A stretch of DNA of 64,000 nt, taken from assembly GCF_037042905.1 (NCBI RefSeq), contig NC_087246.1, forward strand, positions 5,954,001 to 6,018,000. Direction: 5' to 3'. The stretch's first letter is position 1; every line of letters starts with the position of its first letter. The notes below the pieces were generated by a model. The model ran no database searches, was not told where the DNA came from, and worked only from the letters and a program-made list of their open reading frames with translations. Of the stretch, positions 61,833-64,000 are shown in pieces. Made by a program: the position numbers and the translations under genes. This stretch comes from Lytechinus pictus (Eukaryota).

Positions 61833-64000
61833 CTGCACTATGAAAAAGTGATAACTGTATTTTCACAGGGCAACATTGAGTGCAAAACCCAAACAATTTT
61901 CAATTGTTTCACATATTTGCCTCTATGAGGTAGGTTTAACAGACTTCTGTTTCTCTTGATCCTACCTACAAGCATTTCTCAAAAACATCCAGTGATTTCA
62001 TTCCAAAATATACAAAATAAAACATACAAAGCAGATAAACATTATTAAAAAAATATGTACCCTACTTCAGATTTGGTACATGAATTGAAGACAAAAAATG
62101 ATATATGCCTTTTAAACATTTCATACTGCATATCCGTGTTGGAAGAATATGAATAACACATTTAACACTTAACAAATTACAATGTACATAACAATACATC
62201 CAAACATAACGGCATTGTGTTCAACTGGAAAAAAAAAAAGTTTTACACTTTGTTAAAAGGGGAAATATATCTTTGTAAAATCAATTGCGATATATGTTTC
62301 TGGCATATAATTTGTGCATAATCAAACAATATGGTACTACATATTCCCCTTCTTTGCAAAACAAGCAAAATGTAAGAAGTGTAGAGCATTGCTGTTTCAA
62401 GCTGTTACATAACCGTATGAAGGTAGATGAGTCACTTGAAACGGGAAATACAAATCATTACTTTCATTAGAAGGAATCCATTGATTCAGAAGATACATTC
62501 TGATTATCATTTACTTCAAATTGAGAATTAAATAAATGAATCAAGACAGTTGACTAGAAAGAGATTTCTAGAAATAAAAACAATCAATGCAATATTCAGT
62601 TCAGTCACATAATTATAAGTCACAACAGGTATGGTGCAAGCAGAAGTTCAGTATCTCCATCGTTTGGCTAAGGTGTCATGTAGGGATTAGAAGGGAGAAG
62701 ACGCCAAGGAGGTTTGTGCCTCAGACTTTATAACTGTGCCTTATTTCATAACGATAGAAATTAGTCAAATTTTGGACTCACTATTTGTCTGTGTCTCCCT
62801 GCCAATTTCCCTCTATACAAGTACAAAGAATAGACAATTTAGCAATTTTTAAGTTTTTTTTCATTTTACTTTCATCTTGTACAAATAAACCCATATAAAT
62901 AGACTTTCATAAATAAGAGACCCCTCTACATTATTAATTTCCATTTGAATGGTGTCTTAATCAAGTCTGTCCTTTATAGTGTTGGGCAATGGTCTGAAGG
63001 CGGCCAAAATAAACAAGGTTACACTGTAGAATTTGAAAACCATTGCTGTTTTTTATTTCCATTCAAATATCAGAAACATTCAATTATTTTGTAGGCCTTC
63101 ATTGACAGTTTTAGGTTTTCAGTACAGCTATTCAAAGCTGTACAGTATCACATAAATACACTTACGCAATAAATTTAAGTAATAAGTTTGCAACTCAGAA
63201 GTCTCATCAAGAAAATTCAAAGGACTGAAATGGAAAAGAGGCAAATCTTTCCCAAAGCAAATATGAAGTTAAACTTAATTCTAGTATCCAAATTAACATG
63301 GATCATCAAGGTAAATGCTTGATATTGTATCCTAAACAAGTGTAATCTTCAATGGGCAAACATATATGATGGGATGGGGGGACCTGCTTATTACAAGAAA
63401 ATCACGTATCCTTCATAAATTTGTATATAAACGGTATTGAATGATTGCATCAAACTAGCTATCACAATGAATCCGATCAAAAAAAAATCAGTAAAACTAA
63501 AAAAGAGTAATGTATGTTAGATTTGTGATTTAGAATCGAGAATTGGGATTATGAACCTGCTTATAACAGATAGTATTTGGTAATATCACACACACTGAAT
63601 AACTCTTGATACTGACCCATGGAATAAAACAAGGATTGCAAGTTTTTGATGGGTTACTTGGAATCTAGTCACATGTGTTACATGAATTACAAACAAAAAA
63701 TTGTAAATTCTGGTGATTCTTACAAATGGAACTAGAAATTCATGATTATGTTAATATCTTGATCAATGATAATGCTCATATCAACATCATAGTAGATTTC
63801 TAAGCTTATTGCTCTTGTTCAAGATTGTAAAAAAAAATGGGTAGATAGAGTAGATTCCCGGAGTATTATTATTACAGCATACCTTTTATTTACCTCATGC
63901 ATTATATATCTTATTTTTTCTGACTTATTCTTTTATAATTATATGCAATATACCACATCTTTATCTTGTAATATATATTATCACAAAGGTTACTATTTTG

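Overview
AT-rich, intron-rich animal genomic DNA. The poly-G/C-tailed MITEs, Deu/Nin-, Meta- and CORE-type SINEs and Helentron-like elements suggest an invertebrate deuterostome, probably a sea urchin (inference). Two protein-coding genes were reconstructed by hand from GT-AG sites and reading-frame continuity. (1) A complete 14-exon SWAP70/DEF6-family gene on the minus strand (30562->1561, 774 aa; EF-hand, PH domain, long charged helix) that contains four paralogous 138-nt phase-0 exons. (2) A secreted-type matrix metalloproteinase on the plus strand (exons 2-8: 51770-57285). Its catalytic Glu is replaced by Gln (HQIGHALGLGH), its structural-zinc segment is altered, and its apparent signal-peptide exon is out of frame. 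Between the two divergently oriented genes are decayed minus-strand exon-like segments that loosely resemble DZIP3-like HEPN and nSTAND3 NTPase genes (low confidence). Introns and intergenic DNA are rich in non-autonomous transposons, LINE 3' fragments, SINEs, a 20-bp minisatellite and trinucleotide microsatellites. All family assignments are from motif recognition by eye; no database searches were run.
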